64,000 nt of DNA from Selaginella moellendorffii (Eukaryota; Plantae; Lycopodiophyta). The stretch is from contig NW_003314304.1 in assembly GCF_000143415.4 (NCBI RefSeq), positions 1,175,679 through 1,239,678 on the forward strand, written 5' to 3'. The notes beneath the pieces were generated by a model. It saw nothing but the letters and a program-made list of their open reading frames with translations, searched no databases and was not told where the DNA came from. This document shows positions 1 through 11,691 of this stretch, piece after piece. The position numbers were made by a program, and so were the translations under genes. Position 1 is the first letter of the stretch. Each line of letters begins with the position of its first letter.

Positions 1-1334
1 TGGGAGAAGCTTTTGGAAGTTCTTAAGTAGTGTCCTATCTGATAGAATAGTGTAAAATTATCAAATTTTACTTACAAAGTTTTGATCGTTCTTTTCAATA
101 TTCAAGATCCCAATATCCTCTACATTAATCTAGTGTCAACTTAAATTAAACTGCCATTGCTTGGGACCACAATAGCTTATGCCATAGGTTGTGGGATCCA
201 TTGCTTGCACTAGAGCAATTCGTTACATTGGATTTCCTTTGGATCTTTGAACAATCGAGGAGCACCAGGATTTCAATATGGTGGCATTAAGAATATTCAC
301 TATATTTGCAAATATAACAAATTCCTTTTTTGTATGTAAACTTTTAAGTACAAAAAAACCAAATATCACTTTTTGCAAGAGTATATGTAAGGAATTAGAA
401 GACTCAATAAATAACAATATGTATTTCTTGCTTGTCAAATCCTTCTCCACTGAGCATTAGAAAGCTGCTTACTCACTAATAATTTTATTAAATAATATTA
501 AATTTATTTCTTTGCATTTAAGTTGATTGTTGTATTTATTTTGAAAATTGATTTATGGAACCATTCATCAACATCAACATGACCATAACATGTAAGTTGC
601 CAAGCTGTAATATTGCAATATATTTATAGCTTGATCAAACTATCTTGATTGGGAATAAACAACCTCTTTTTTTGGTTGACAATAAATATGTAAAATATTG
701 TTATCATGAAAAGTTACTGTGGAGTTGGAACATGGCATTACTTGGAAATCAACCCCTTTGCATAATTAATTTTGTAAAAGTAGCTATTAATAAGGCTCCA
801 TAGTGTTTATATTTCTTGCTTAAGCATGATATCTAAGCTCTACTAATCAAGCACAAGAGAAATGCATAGTAGGATTTTTTTGGCACTTAATTTTTGAATA
901 TTGCTAAAAGATAAGTTTAATGAGCATAAGTCATTTTGTGCTGATGGCTAAAAAATAGTAATCAAAAGTTTTACATAACTTCTATGTGCTCATCATATTT
1001 ACACATGTAGCCATCCCTTGCACTGAAAGAAGTTGTTCACTATTAATACAATATAAATTAATGGATCAAGAAATGAAATTCAGACCAAAAGGTCATGAAT
1101 AGGTATGAGTATGACATATACAATAGTACCTAATTCCTTTCAGCAAAAAAATAGCATCTAGTAAACTCTAAGAAGGCATAGTAATAAAAACTATGAAGCT
1201 ATGGTTGAACCACTCTTGAAGCTTCATTCTATCATTCTCTCCCCTATTCCATGACGGTAAGTTAATCTTTCTCCTGCAAGCCTTGGCCTCATCCAATTGC
1301 TAGTCACGCACTCAAGAAGGTAATTTGCTCTAGT

Positions 1335-2720
1335 TTGACTAACTTTTTTAGTGTCTTCCAAAGAAAGATTTGTAAGTCATGCCTTGGTAATGGAAGAAGA
1401 GCCACGGGTGGAGGAAAGGCCACACTCCTCACTCTGCATAGTGAGTTACAAAGAGCTTCTAAGAGGCAGATTAGTTTGAAGGATATGGCAATTGGTCAAG
1501 GTGCTGGACCATATTCCATGGTTGTGGATCTGCGTAAAGTCAAAGCAGATATTTCAATTCCACAACTGTCAGCAATGTATCCCAAGCTTCGGGTGGAGGT
1601 TCAGGCAGGGGTAAACACATGACTAACACCAAGGAAGTTAGCGGTTAGTGTAGTTGATGTGGCATCGGATGTAGATGAGCAAGCTCCTGTGGTAGATGTC
1701 ATAGTGCATGGTTATTGGCTGACTGGTTGTTTAGTGGATAGTGGTACTGCTATTAACATGATGGGCCATGAGGTGGCACAGTGGTTGTCTTTGACTTTAG
1801 AAAAATGCCATAGAATGATTCGGTTAACTGATGACAAGTGCGAGGTCTGTTTCGTATTCTTAAACCGAATCTGGTACGATTACATGAGAAAGTCCTTGAA
1901 TTAATGGCAAAATTTGAGCTTTTTCAGATCCAGCATGTTGAGCGGGGAGATTTGGAGGCAGTGAAAACTTTGTCAAAGAAGGGACTTCAACAGGGGAACT
2001 AAGTAACAAAGGTGGTGATACTGGAGCTGGTTAAGGAAGAGGGTTTCAGTAGGGTGGAACACATTAGTTTGGATGAGGAACTTGCAGGAGTGGTGACATT
2101 TCTGACCACAAGCGATGTTCCAGAAAGGGAAACTGTTGTGGAGCTAAAGCAGCATTTAGCAAAGTTGGCTAGGAACTACACATTTCTAGATGGACTCTTG
2201 TTCTTCCGGTGGAAAGATGGTGTCCTGAAAAGAGTAGTGGAAGACGAGGATCGAACACGACTACTGTAGTTGTTTCACAATGGCATTTGTGGATGACACT
2301 TTGCAACAGCAGGCACAGCTTGGAAAATTCTCACTACGGGTTATTGTTGGCCAGGACGTTGGAGGGATGCAAAGGCATGGGCTTTGAGTTGCCAGCACAT
2401 AGAATCAAATTCTTCAACAAGGGAAGGTGATTGGACATGGATGCTTAGCCCAGCTCTTTTTGCATTCCGCACATATTCAAATTGACAAAAGGTTTCACTC
2501 TTTATCAATTGGTTTATGGAGTTGAGCCAATCATGCCACCGGAATTAGAGATGCCAACTTTTTGAAAGAGTACCTTCCAGCAGACTAATCCATTTTAAGA
2601 TGTTGAAGCTCGTATCGTGCAGCTTTTGGAGATGTACGAGGACCGCTTGGAAGCTTTGGAGAGGATTGAGACTGTTCAGGGAGTCTTGTTGGAGAAGCTT
2701 CCATAGGATGCCAGAATATT
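1335..2720 (+). mobile_element. Degraded, internally deleted Ty3/gypsy (Tat-like) remnant: protease, end of an additional RNase H, integrase
   Basis: Protease motif CLVDSGTAINMM at 1727-1762. KVLELMAKFELFQIQHVER near 1890-1945 resembles the C-terminus of the Tat-type extra RNase H. An integrase zinc-finger region (FHNGICG*HF...GYCWP) and QLVYGVEPIMP follow, with stops and frameshifts. Confidence 0.7.
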
Positions 2721-3360
2721 TTTTAAGAATATTCTGAAGAATGTACCGGAGAACTAGTTTGTATATGCTAGTTCCATGACACCATGCTGCTTGCGTAATT
2801 CCCAAACACATGTTGTAATGTTTTCCATCAGAAAACACTCTTGTGGGCTTTGAAGTCATTGAAGGTGAAGGTTTTTAGTAAGATTTGTTACGCATTGATT
2901 TGGATGCGAGAAGGTTTTGGATGAAGTGTTATTCTGAAGCTGACTGTAGTGGTCAATAAGTCTCATGCTGGGGATAAGATGATGTTGCTCAAGTTGGTGA
3001 CAAAAAAGGTGTAAAAATGTGATCAAAGTCGGTGTTCATGTAAGCAAATGTCTATTATTTGTTCATTTGTAGTTGATACTCTTCCCAGCAGAGGAGTGAC
3101 CGTCGTGGAACAAGGATTAGTGATCCATACACAAGAATACATAGGAAGCCAAGACAAAACAAGCCTTTACACTTGCCGATTGCTAGTTGAGCTCGGCTGG
3201 ATTGAAAAAATCTACTTAGACAGAGAATTCACAATCTTGGCTCAGAAAGCTTGGTGGTACTTTTATGACCCGGTGATATACGTATACGGGCATTTACCAC
3301 CTTCATACTTGTGCTTTTTCTGGGTTTTCTTCAGCAAATCCGACGTTTGTTGCCGCCCGA

Positions 3361-3954
3361 GGAGGCTCAGAGCAAAGACTGCTACCACACAGCATTAACA
3401 CAAGAGTATGGGCCTCAGCCCGTTGGATTGACTCCAAAACTCATAGAATTACAGGAACAAACCTGAGGTGGAACCGAGGATTGAATGCATGGAAGGACCC
3501 TCGGGAACCACTTCCGAAGCGCACGAGATGCGCAATTGAATATCAAGATATCGGCAGCCCTCTCTGACTTTTGATTACTCAGGAGGTCATTAGCTCTCCT
3601 TTAGCGAATATCAACATTGATTGGGACACTCAGACGATCATTGTTCGTCCTATACCATCACAACGTCCCCCTATACCAAGACCACAAGATCTCTATTCTC
3701 GACTAAAACGAATCAATGTTGTCAAGAGGATAGGATTGGTCTGTACACCAGAAAACGATCTGAGCTGGTTAGCACCTCCAAATTTGCCATTCGAACAGCT
3801 TGAGAAAGCACTTTACGATGTGATTATGGTGGTAGATCCCCACAAACTTGTACTGATCTACACCAATCAACGATACAGATACAATACCTTTGATTTAGCA
3901 ACCCGAAACCGAAGCATGCAGCCGAATGAGTTCAATACCATTCGCCAAAGGTGA
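3361..3954 (+). pseudogene. 5' accessory ORF of the gypsy element (unknown function, one internal TGA)
   Basis: Frame 1 reads ARWIDSKTHRITGTNLRW...*...NINIDWDTQTIIVRP...PPNLPFEQLEKALYD. It is homologous to 29447-29897 in the second LTR element. Confidence 0.65.
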
Positions 3955-4251
3955 CCCGATTAAGCAGAGAGAGACAAAAGAGCAGAAGATAGATCTGCCA
4001 GAAAATCACAACTCCAACAGCAACGCGAAAACATTCTCGAACGAGTATTCACTAAGATCGGACAACAAGACAGCCAGACTCAGACTTCAAATACGATACC
4101 CAAGATCCGAGAATTTAGTCCCGATAGACGGACACCGAGTCCAGAGTTTCCTGGACTAAATCCATTCGAAGCATCATCCTCAAGAGGATATCAATTTCCC
4201 TTTATCAGCAGCCCACTCACAAAACTGACTACTGTTCAAGAGACACCAATC

Positions 4252-7200
4252 TTGACACATACAACAATATTCGAAGCAAAAGAAGAACACAAGTCGGAAG
4301 ACGAGTCTGACCACCCGCAACCCGAAGCCCAGGAAGCATCAACAGCAGAGTCTGCTGGAACATCAACACAGACAACACCTATTACACATACAAGGCAGGA
4401 CATTGAGTCCGAAGATCCACAAAAACAACAACCGGAAAACAATTCCGAAGTTGAAAAACAATTTAGCCAGGGAGAGCGTAAAACCAACGGGGCTTACGTC
4501 GAGCTCACGTTTGACTTACCGTATGGGCGAACGGTCTCTTACCCGATTTTTCAAGGTGCCAAAGGTGAAGATCCAGATCGACACCTCCAACAATACAACA
4601 AAGCCATTACCATCAATGGCCAAGAAGCCTATCGAGAAACACTTTTTCAGTACACACTGAAAGACAGAGCACTCGACTGGTATTACACCTTAGACAAAGA
4701 CAAGCAATACGATGATATTATAAAAGCTTTCAAGCTTCGATATCAGTCACAGAGAACACCCAAAGAACACCTCGAGATCCTCAAAAACATCAGACAGGAT
4801 CCAGATGAAGACATCCAAGAATACACACGAAGATTCAACGACCATGCAGCCAAATGCACGGAACTCTTAACCGATAGAGGACGAAGAAACTGGTACTTTC
4901 GGGGAATGCTCAAAAGGTACCGACAATACTTTGCATCACTCATACCGGCAATGGCACTTGATGATGAGACAACCACTTCAAAGTTTGGAGTTCAAGAAAT
5001 GTGCGAGTTTGCCATAGCCGTTGATAGGCAGATGAAGGCATTCAACCCAAATCTCTTCGAAATGAACAACAATGATGAAGACGAAGATATGGAAAGAAAA
5101 AGAGACAAGAGTCACGACTCAAATGAGGACTCTATCCCAAATATACTCAAGAAATTGCTCAAAGGCAAAAACAAGGAAACCAAAACGAAGTATTCGGAAC
5201 TCAAACCCGGAGTATTTTGTGCCAAATGCAAAAATGAAGGGCACGCATCCAGCGAATGCAAATTCCAGGTACCACGATGTCAAATATGTGACCGAGAAGG
5301 ACACACAGCTCAGATTTGCCGACAGAGAATGTACACTGAGGTGCAGCAAGTATCCAATTTCAATCGAAGAGACAATCGGCCTCCGTATCTGAACAATCGG
5401 CCCCCACATCTGAACGATCGGCCCCAGTATCCAAACGAGAGGAACACATGGAACTACCGAGGACCACCTCGAAATGACCGGAGGAGAGATGACTATCGTC
5501 GACCATATGGCCCTTATGGCCAATCCAGCCAGCAATACACTAACCGAGGTTACCAAGGCCAACCGTACGACCAGGCTCCGACTTACCTTCAATACGAGAG
5601 AATGCAACAACCACAGCCGCAAAACTACCAAGATATGAGAAATGCGAATTCAAATCGTCCACAGCCTCTAGGACAAAGGATACAATATCAAGGTCGAGAA
5701 CAAGCACAAGGTCCACCAAATAGACCTCAACAACCAACAAGTCGGTCAGTGGAAATCACCGAACCACAAGAAACCGGAACAAAGGAGAATTACGAACAAC
5801 AGCCAACAGCCCGGGCAATAACCCGAGCGCGAGCTCGGCAACCCGAACCGGAGCCAGAAGATAACAACGACCCGGAGGTAGAGGAAATTTCCTCTTCGGA
5901 GTGGAAGAAAGCGAAACGAAAAACTCAGGAGATTACCGAGGAGCTCAGGAACATGGCTCCCGAAATCAACGACATCAATGACCAGGAATTACCGCAAGGC
6001 TACGAGCCTTTCACACAAGATGAACACACTGAAATAGTGAATCAGATTTTGCAGCAAGGAGTTACGTTGACACTTCAACAAATACTTCAGCTTGCACCAT
6101 ACTTGACCAAACAAATCTTAAATGCTACTCAGACTCAGCCGAACGCTAGGAAAGATCGGCCAACAGTCGAAGCACTCCAAGCCGAGGTACAACCTGGAGA
6201 CTATGACGGAGATTCACCATGCATCAATATTATTGTCGGCAAAAACAAACCCGTGGAAGCTATACTCGACGGTGGCTCAGGAGTAAATATCATGGAATAC
6301 AACACTTTCAAATCTCTAGGCACGGGACAATGCGAGCCAGCCCCATTTAACGTCATCATGGCTGACCAGCGACAAATCCGACCATTCGGGATCATTCGAA
6401 ATGTACCTATACAAGTCAAAGCAAACAAGTACAGACTCAACTTCATCATCCTCAAGATGACCGATGCCGAAGGCGGATACGATGTTCTACTGGGCCGAAC
6501 ATGGCTCCGCAGTGCAGACATTCTACATTTTTGGGGAAGTAACAAGATAACTCTAGGCCAGCATCCAGATGCACCGCAGTTATCGACAACACGTACTAAA
6601 CGAATTCTTCAGTCAAACAAGCCGATACATGTAGAACCATATGACTGGCACGAAGGATTGGACGATATGGAAGAACTCCAACTACTCCAGGCATATCCTG
6701 AACTACAACCAATCACGCAGGTCGACCTTAGACGAATCCTGCCGCAAAATACGAAAACACAATCCGAAGCATTCGCCAAAACACAGCCGAAGGTCGGCCA
6801 ACGTGAAATTCCGGATATCAAACCCGAACAAATACAATCACGAGAACATAAAATAGAGCTTGACAAAACTCCAGCATTGGTGAAACAAGGAGAGACGCTT
6901 CAAAACAAAATCAAAGTCAATGAAGATCTGGATACAGTGAACATAGGGACAAGCGAACAGCCCCGAAATGTTCTCATGGCTCAGGAACTCGATTCCGACT
7001 TCAAACAACAAGCTATCGACCTTTTGCGACGAAACCAAGATATTTTCGCATGGTCATACAAAGATTTACGAGGAATACCCCCAGAGTTGTATACTCATCG
7101 CATTCAACTCATTCCAGGAGCAACACCAAAGAAACAGAGAGCATACCGAATGAACCCGAACTTCCAGGAAAGGGTGAAAGCCGAACTCGACAAACTCCTC

Positions 7201-9444
7201 GAGGCTCAATTCATCAGGCCGATACAGAATGCTAGATGGCTATCACCACTAGTAATCGTGCCCAAGAAAAATGGCAAGCTACGAATATGTGTCAATTACA
7301 AGAAGTTGAACGAGAGCACCACCATCGACACATTTCCAATTCCATTCATAGACGAGATACTGGATTCAGTTGCCGGACATGAAATGTACTCATTTCTGGA
7401 CGGATTTAGTGGTTATAACCAAGTGCACATCGCAGAAGAAGATCAACATAAAACAGCTTTCATCAGCCCGTGGGGAGCTTACGCATATTTGCGCATGCCA
7501 TTCGGCCTTACGAATGCTCCATTCACATTCCAAAGAATTATAACTGAGACTTTTCAGGAATACCTTACAGACTTTATGCGAGTTTTTATGGACGATTTCA
7601 GCGTCTTCAGCAACAAAGCAAGACACTTGGAATGCCTTCAAAAATGCTTCAACAAGTGCAGGGACAACAACATCGCTCTAAATCCGGAGAAGTGCACCTT
7701 TTTCGTAAAATCGGGAGTTCTACTCGGACATGTTGTCTGTGAACATGACATTCTAATAGACAAAGCCAAAACGGAGATCATTCTCAATATGGAACCTCCA
7801 ACAGAAGTCTCAGGAGTCCGAAGATTTCTAGGAAAAATGGGATATCACCGCCGGTTCATCCGAGATTACGCTCGGATCAGTAAACCGATAACTGACCTGT
7901 TGAAGAAGCAACAGCTATTTAAATGGACTTCTGAGTGCGACACAGCATTTCAAACACTCAAGAGTCATTTGGTGCGAGCACCAATACTTGTTCAACCGAA
8001 TTGGAAACGAGAATTCATTGTCCAAGTAGACGCATCCGATTATGCAATCGGGGCCATACTTTCCCAACTTCAAGACGACGGGAAGGACCGACCGATATAT
8101 TATGCCGGACGTCAGCTGAACCCAGCCGAAATGAACTATACAACCACAGAAAAGGAAATGCTCGGAATGGTTTACGCTCTGCAAAAATTTAGGCACTATC
8201 TACTGGCCAATAGAGTCAAAATCATGGTCGATCATAAGGCCTTGTTACATTTACTCAACAAGCCAGTGTTGACAGGACACATTGCAAGATGGTTCCTTTT
8301 GCTTCAGGAATACAATTTCGAAATTATTCACAAACCAGGAAGACAACACGAACAAGCTGATCATCTCAGCCGAATCACGACAGGCGAAGACTTGAAATAC
8401 TCCAACGATGACTTCCCAGATGCTCACCTATTAACTGTCAAAGCAATTCGGGCGTACAATCCGACTTGGCTTCAGGACATCCAACACTACCTCACGACGG
8501 GTAGCATACCCGACAACTACACAACAGCTGACCAAAAACGACAATTTGCCTTGAGGACAAGGCCTTATTCAGTTGTGGGAGGAAGATTATACAAGCTTGG
8601 AATCGATAATGTTCTAAGACGATGTGTCGAGCAAGACGAAACATCGGAATTGCTATCCGAAGCTCACGAAGGCAAATCCGGAGGACATTTCGGCAGTGAG
8701 ATCACAGCAAGAAAAGTACTACAAGCAGGCCTATGGTGGCCGAACCTGTGGGCAGACGCGGAGAAGCATTGCAGAGAATGTGATGTCTGCCAACGGACTA
8801 AACCACCTCCGAAGAAAATTCTCCAGGAACTACATCCGACAACAGCAATGGAACCTTTTCAAAGGTGGGGACTTGACTTTGTCGGTCCACTGACGATGAG
8901 TTCTAAGAGAAACAAGTACGTACTGATTGCTACAGATTACATGACAAAATGGGCCGAAGCATTGCCGTTGAAAGAAGCTACAGCTCGGAATACAGCGAAA
9001 TTTATTTACGAATACATTATTGTCCGATATGGCCTTCCTAGAGAAATAGTCACCGACAGAGGAACTCATTTCCTCAAAAGAACACTGGAGATCCTAACCC
9101 AGGAATTCATGATCAAGCACAAGGCGTCTACACCGTATTATCCACAAGGAAATGGTCAGGCCGAATCAACCAACAAGACGTTGAAAAATATCCTGAAAAA
9201 GATCTCAGCTACGCACTTGAGAGACTGGGATGAGAGAATTCACGACGCATTATGGGCGTACAGAATGGCCTACAAAATCTCTACCAACACGACGCCATTT
9301 CGGCTAGCATTCGGGCTAGAAGCCCTGACACCACTCGAATATGTTGTTCCAACTCTCAGGACAGCAGTTGAACTCAGTATCAACCAAGAAGGAGTGAAAA
9401 AGAGGCTTGCTATGCTTGACAAGTTATGTGAAGAAAGACTTTGA
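4252..9444 (+). CDS. Gag-Pol polyprotein (capsid, 2 CCHC knuckles, aspartic protease, RT, RNase H, integrase)
   Basis: Motifs CAKCKNEGHASSEC and CQICDREGHTAQIC; ILDGGSGVN; LDGFSGYNQ...FMDDF; VDASDYAIGAIL; integrase HHCC, WGLDFVGP, VTDRGTHF, GQAESTN. The frame is open from 3964. The likely true start is ATG 3926 with a slip in the GA run at ~3966. Confidence 0.95.
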   Translation: MTHTTIFEAKEEHKSEDESDHPQPEAQEASTAESAGTSTQTTPITHTRQDIESEDPQKQQPENNSEVEKQFSQGERKTNGAYVELTFDLPYGRTVSYPIFQGAKGEDPDRHLQQYNKAITINGQEAYRETLFQYTLKDRALDWYYTLDKDKQYDDIIKAFKLRYQSQRTPKEHLEILKNIRQDPDEDIQEYTRRFNDHAAKCTELLTDRGRRNWYFRGMLKRYRQYFASLIPAMALDDETTTSKFGVQEMCEFAIAVDRQMKAFNPNLFEMNNNDEDEDMERKRDKSHDSNEDSIPNILKKLLKGKNKETKTKYSELKPGVFCAKCKNEGHASSECKFQVPRCQICDREGHTAQICRQRMYTEVQQVSNFNRRDNRPPYLNNRPPHLNDRPQYPNERNTWNYRGPPRNDRRRDDYRRPYGPYGQSSQQYTNRGYQGQPYDQAPTYLQYERMQQPQPQNYQDMRNANSNRPQPLGQRIQYQGREQAQGPPNRPQQPTSRSVEITEPQETGTKENYEQQPTARAITRARARQPEPEPEDNNDPEVEEISSSEWKKAKRKTQEITEELRNMAPEINDINDQELPQGYEPFTQDEHTEIVNQILQQGVTLTLQQILQLAPYLTKQILNATQTQPNARKDRPTVEALQAEVQPGDYDGDSPCINIIVGKNKPVEAILDGGSGVNIMEYNTFKSLGTGQCEPAPFNVIMADQRQIRPFGIIRNVPIQVKANKYRLNFIILKMTDAEGGYDVLLGRTWLRSADILHFWGSNKITLGQHPDAPQLSTTRTKRILQSNKPIHVEPYDWHEGLDDMEELQLLQAYPELQPITQVDLRRILPQNTKTQSEAFAKTQPKVGQREIPDIKPEQIQSREHKIELDKTPALVKQGETLQNKIKVNEDLDTVNIGTSEQPRNVLMAQELDSDFKQQAIDLLRRNQDIFAWSYKDLRGIPPELYTHRIQLIPGATPKKQRAYRMNPNFQERVKAELDKLLEAQFIRPIQNARWLSPLVIVPKKNGKLRICVNYKKLNESTTIDTFPIPFIDEILDSVAGHEMYSFLDGFSGYNQVHIAEEDQHKTAFISPWGAYAYLRMPFGLTNAPFTFQRIITETFQEYLTDFMRVFMDDFSVFSNKARHLECLQKCFNKCRDNNIALNPEKCTFFVKSGVLLGHVVCEHDILIDKAKTEIILNMEPPTEVSGVRRFLGKMGYHRRFIRDYARISKPITDLLKKQQLFKWTSECDTAFQTLKSHLVRAPILVQPNWKREFIVQVDASDYAIGAILSQLQDDGKDRPIYYAGRQLNPAEMNYTTTEKEMLGMVYALQKFRHYLLANRVKIMVDHKALLHLLNKPVLTGHIARWFLLLQEYNFEIIHKPGRQHEQADHLSRITTGEDLKYSNDDFPDAHLLTVKAIRAYNPTWLQDIQHYLTTGSIPDNYTTADQKRQFALRTRPYSVVGGRLYKLGIDNVLRRCVEQDETSELLSEAHEGKSGGHFGSEITARKVLQAGLWWPNLWADAEKHCRECDVCQRTKPPPKKILQELHPTTAMEPFQRWGLDFVGPLTMSSKRNKYVLIATDYMTKWAEALPLKEATARNTAKFIYEYIIVRYGLPREIVTDRGTHFLKRTLEILTQEFMIKHKASTPYYPQGNGQAESTNKTLKNILKKISATHLRDWDERIHDALWAYRMAYKISTNTTPFRLAFGLEALTPLEYVVPTLRTAVELSINQEGVKKRLAMLDKLCEERL

Positions 9445-9582
9445 GCAGTATGGACAATAGAAGCTATTCAAGCTCGTCGTAAAGCTCGGCATGACCGAAA
9501 AGTTCGGAAAAAGAAGTATGAAATCCGAGAAGGCAACTTAGTCCTCTGGTACAGGGGAAAAGTTGAAGAACTCGGAAATAAA

Positions 9583-11040
9583 ATGAAGACCTCATGGCAG
9601 GGACCATTTGTGATTAAAGAATTCACAGCGGCAGGAACAGCCAAACTGGCGACATTAGATGGTCAAGAACTCGAAACTGTGAACTTCAACAAACTGCAGA
9701 AATATTTTACAATAGAAAAGGATGACGAGCAAGAAACTAGAAGACCAAATCCGCAGACTCGGAAAATTGAGGCCATCGGAATCGAATCGCGGAAAGATAA
9801 TCCTGACAGACAGCGGCGACAAGATCCGAATATACCGCGGAAAGTGAATCCGAATATACCGCGGAAAGTGAATCCGAATATACCGCGGCGACAAGATCCG
9901 GATATACCACGGCTCCGGAACGGAAAAACAACTAAGTCTAAAAACATTCGAGGCACGGACTTGAACTCCGAACCAAGCTCGGGGAACAAAACCCAATACT
10001 CAGGGCGGCTTACTCTAACCCCAGCCGCAACAATGGTGAGGATTTCAGAATGGACGCCAACAGCCGCCACAGAACTCAGGAGTGTGAGCGAGGACAACTT
10101 CAGGCCGCTGATCTACGCCCCCAGACTCACCTGGCTGGCCGGGAGACACGAGCAGAGCTTCCGAGATTGGGTAAGAAGTAGGGGATTTGAAGGGCTAGAG
10201 CGAGCCATCAACAATGATCAGGAGACACACGGAGCCAGTCTTCTCAGGAGGTGGAAGAATGGGTACGTTGAGCTGCCTTCTGGGCAGTACAAAAGCACAG
10301 CAGAAAACCTTCGGGAGGCATTGGGGCTTCCATTCGGCGACTCGATGATCGGAAGCGCACAGGGTCGGGACATCAATCCGAGATTCATCCAGAATCTCGG
10401 AAAGTACAATCGGAAGGACGGCCTCCAGATATCAAACGTCCCCGATCATCTGAAGCCAGTGTTCAAATTCATGGTGGCGGCATTGGACGTCAAAAAATCG
10501 AACTCGTCAGTGTCCAAAACGATAACGTTCATGTACGAGGCTTTGCAGTTCGGGGACCCAATCGATGTGGCGGCCTACATTTTTCAGAGGCTGAAAAAGG
10601 AGACAGAAACTACTGTAGAGGCGATTGCAGGAGGAGCAGATCAGGTGCAAACCTGTGTGGTACCATTCTACGAAGCATTGGCATGGATGGGCGCAGAAAC
10701 AAGCCGGAGACCACAGCTCGATCGGGTGATTCGGATGGATTGCCCAGCCGAAGAAGAAACAGAGGAGACAGAAGAAGGAGCCGAGGATGAGCCCGAGGAA
10801 TCGGTGGACGAGACCCCAAAGTTGAAGGGGCAAAAACGAGCAGTAACAGCAGCAGCAGCACATACACCGGTGCCCAAGAAGAAGCTGAAACTCACAGGAA
10901 GAGCAAAAGGAAAGAAGCCGGAGACACCAAAAACAAGGCGGAAACAGGCGCGAGCAGGAACTCCGGGTGTGCGAACCCGAAGCTGGAAACCGGACAAGGA
11001 GGCCGAACCTGCGGAGCCAATTCAGCTGTCAGACTCTTGA
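9583..11040 (+). CDS. Integrase C-terminus fused in frame to an extra domain resembling plant retrotransposon accessory (Athila ORF / Transposase_32-like) proteins
   Basis: Same frame as 4252-9444 and 11224 onward. WQGPFVI...VNFNKLQKYF is the integrase tail. An 8-aa repeat linker follows, then LREALGLP...PIDVAAYIFQRL. Confidence 0.65.
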   Translation: MKTSWQGPFVIKEFTAAGTAKLATLDGQELETVNFNKLQKYFTIEKDDEQETRRPNPQTRKIEAIGIESRKDNPDRQRRQDPNIPRKVNPNIPRKVNPNIPRRQDPDIPRLRNGKTTKSKNIRGTDLNSEPSSGNKTQYSGRLTLTPAATMVRISEWTPTAATELRSVSEDNFRPLIYAPRLTWLAGRHEQSFRDWVRSRGFEGLERAINNDQETHGASLLRRWKNGYVELPSGQYKSTAENLREALGLPFGDSMIGSAQGRDINPRFIQNLGKYNRKDGLQISNVPDHLKPVFKFMVAALDVKKSNSSVSKTITFMYEALQFGDPIDVAAYIFQRLKKETETTVEAIAGGADQVQTCVVPFYEALAWMGAETSRRPQLDRVIRMDCPAEEETEETEEGAEDEPEESVDETPKLKGQKRAVTAAAAHTPVPKKKLKLTGRAKGKKPETPKTRRKQARAGTPGVRTRSWKPDKEAEPAEPIQLSDS

Positions 11041-11691
11041 GAGGAGCTAGGGAAGAAATCGCAGGAGGAGCGAGGAGATCCAAACGCAGAGGAGGTGCAG
11101 AAAAAGCCACTGGTAAGTTATGCAAGCTCCAGTGAGACGGAACAGGCAGCAGGAGAGACGTTGAGCTGACCAATCAAGGAGAAGGAATCCGAGAAGCCTC
11201 AGGAACACAGAGCCGAAACCCGAGTGGATCCGGAAACGGTTGAGGAATATTCGGATCGGCTGAGGGATATAAGCGCCAAGAACGGTCAAGAGGCAGAGGC
11301 AAGAACGGAGCGCAAGGGCGTCACAACATCACTCATGAGGAGGTACGAGCAGGGGCAGAAGCGACCATGCCCGGAGCGCAGGGAATTTGACAAGGACAAG
11401 CCAAAGCAGCATAGGAATGAAGAACCGCGCCCATCGTCTCCGGCAACAATGTTCATGAACGCCATCCGAGGTATGGAGCAGCAGCAAGGTGGAAAAGCAG
11501 TACAGTTTTCACCGGAGGAAGTGGCCAAAGCTCTCCAGGCAGATCAGGTGCTTCTGGTGAATCAGGAAGTCTTCAACAGAAGATTTTTCGGCCCGCTCAA
11601 TGCGGCTGTTGCGGAAATGAAATCCGAGGTAAATTCCGCGATAGCAGAGATGAAGGAAGAAGTGAGTCGGAACTGGTGTGACCACCACACC

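Larger units (their letters stand above)
3048..11691 (+). mobile_element. Non-chromovirus Ty3/gypsy retrotransposon with extra 5' and 3' coding regions; 3' end lost at the rDNA junction, LTRs not delimitable
   Basis: Domain order gag-PR-RT-RH-INT. Coding sequence continues past integrase until the IGS repeats start abruptly at ~11692. The left boundary is approximate. Confidence 0.9.

Noticed and set aside
1-1330. Short ORFs in AT-rich DNA (also 34870-36950 and 47200-51400)
   Set aside because: No recognisable motifs.
9442-9444. Programmed stop read-through in pol
   Set aside because: The stop lies inside the integrase tail, and the other stops are also TGA; CpG deamination is the simpler explanation.
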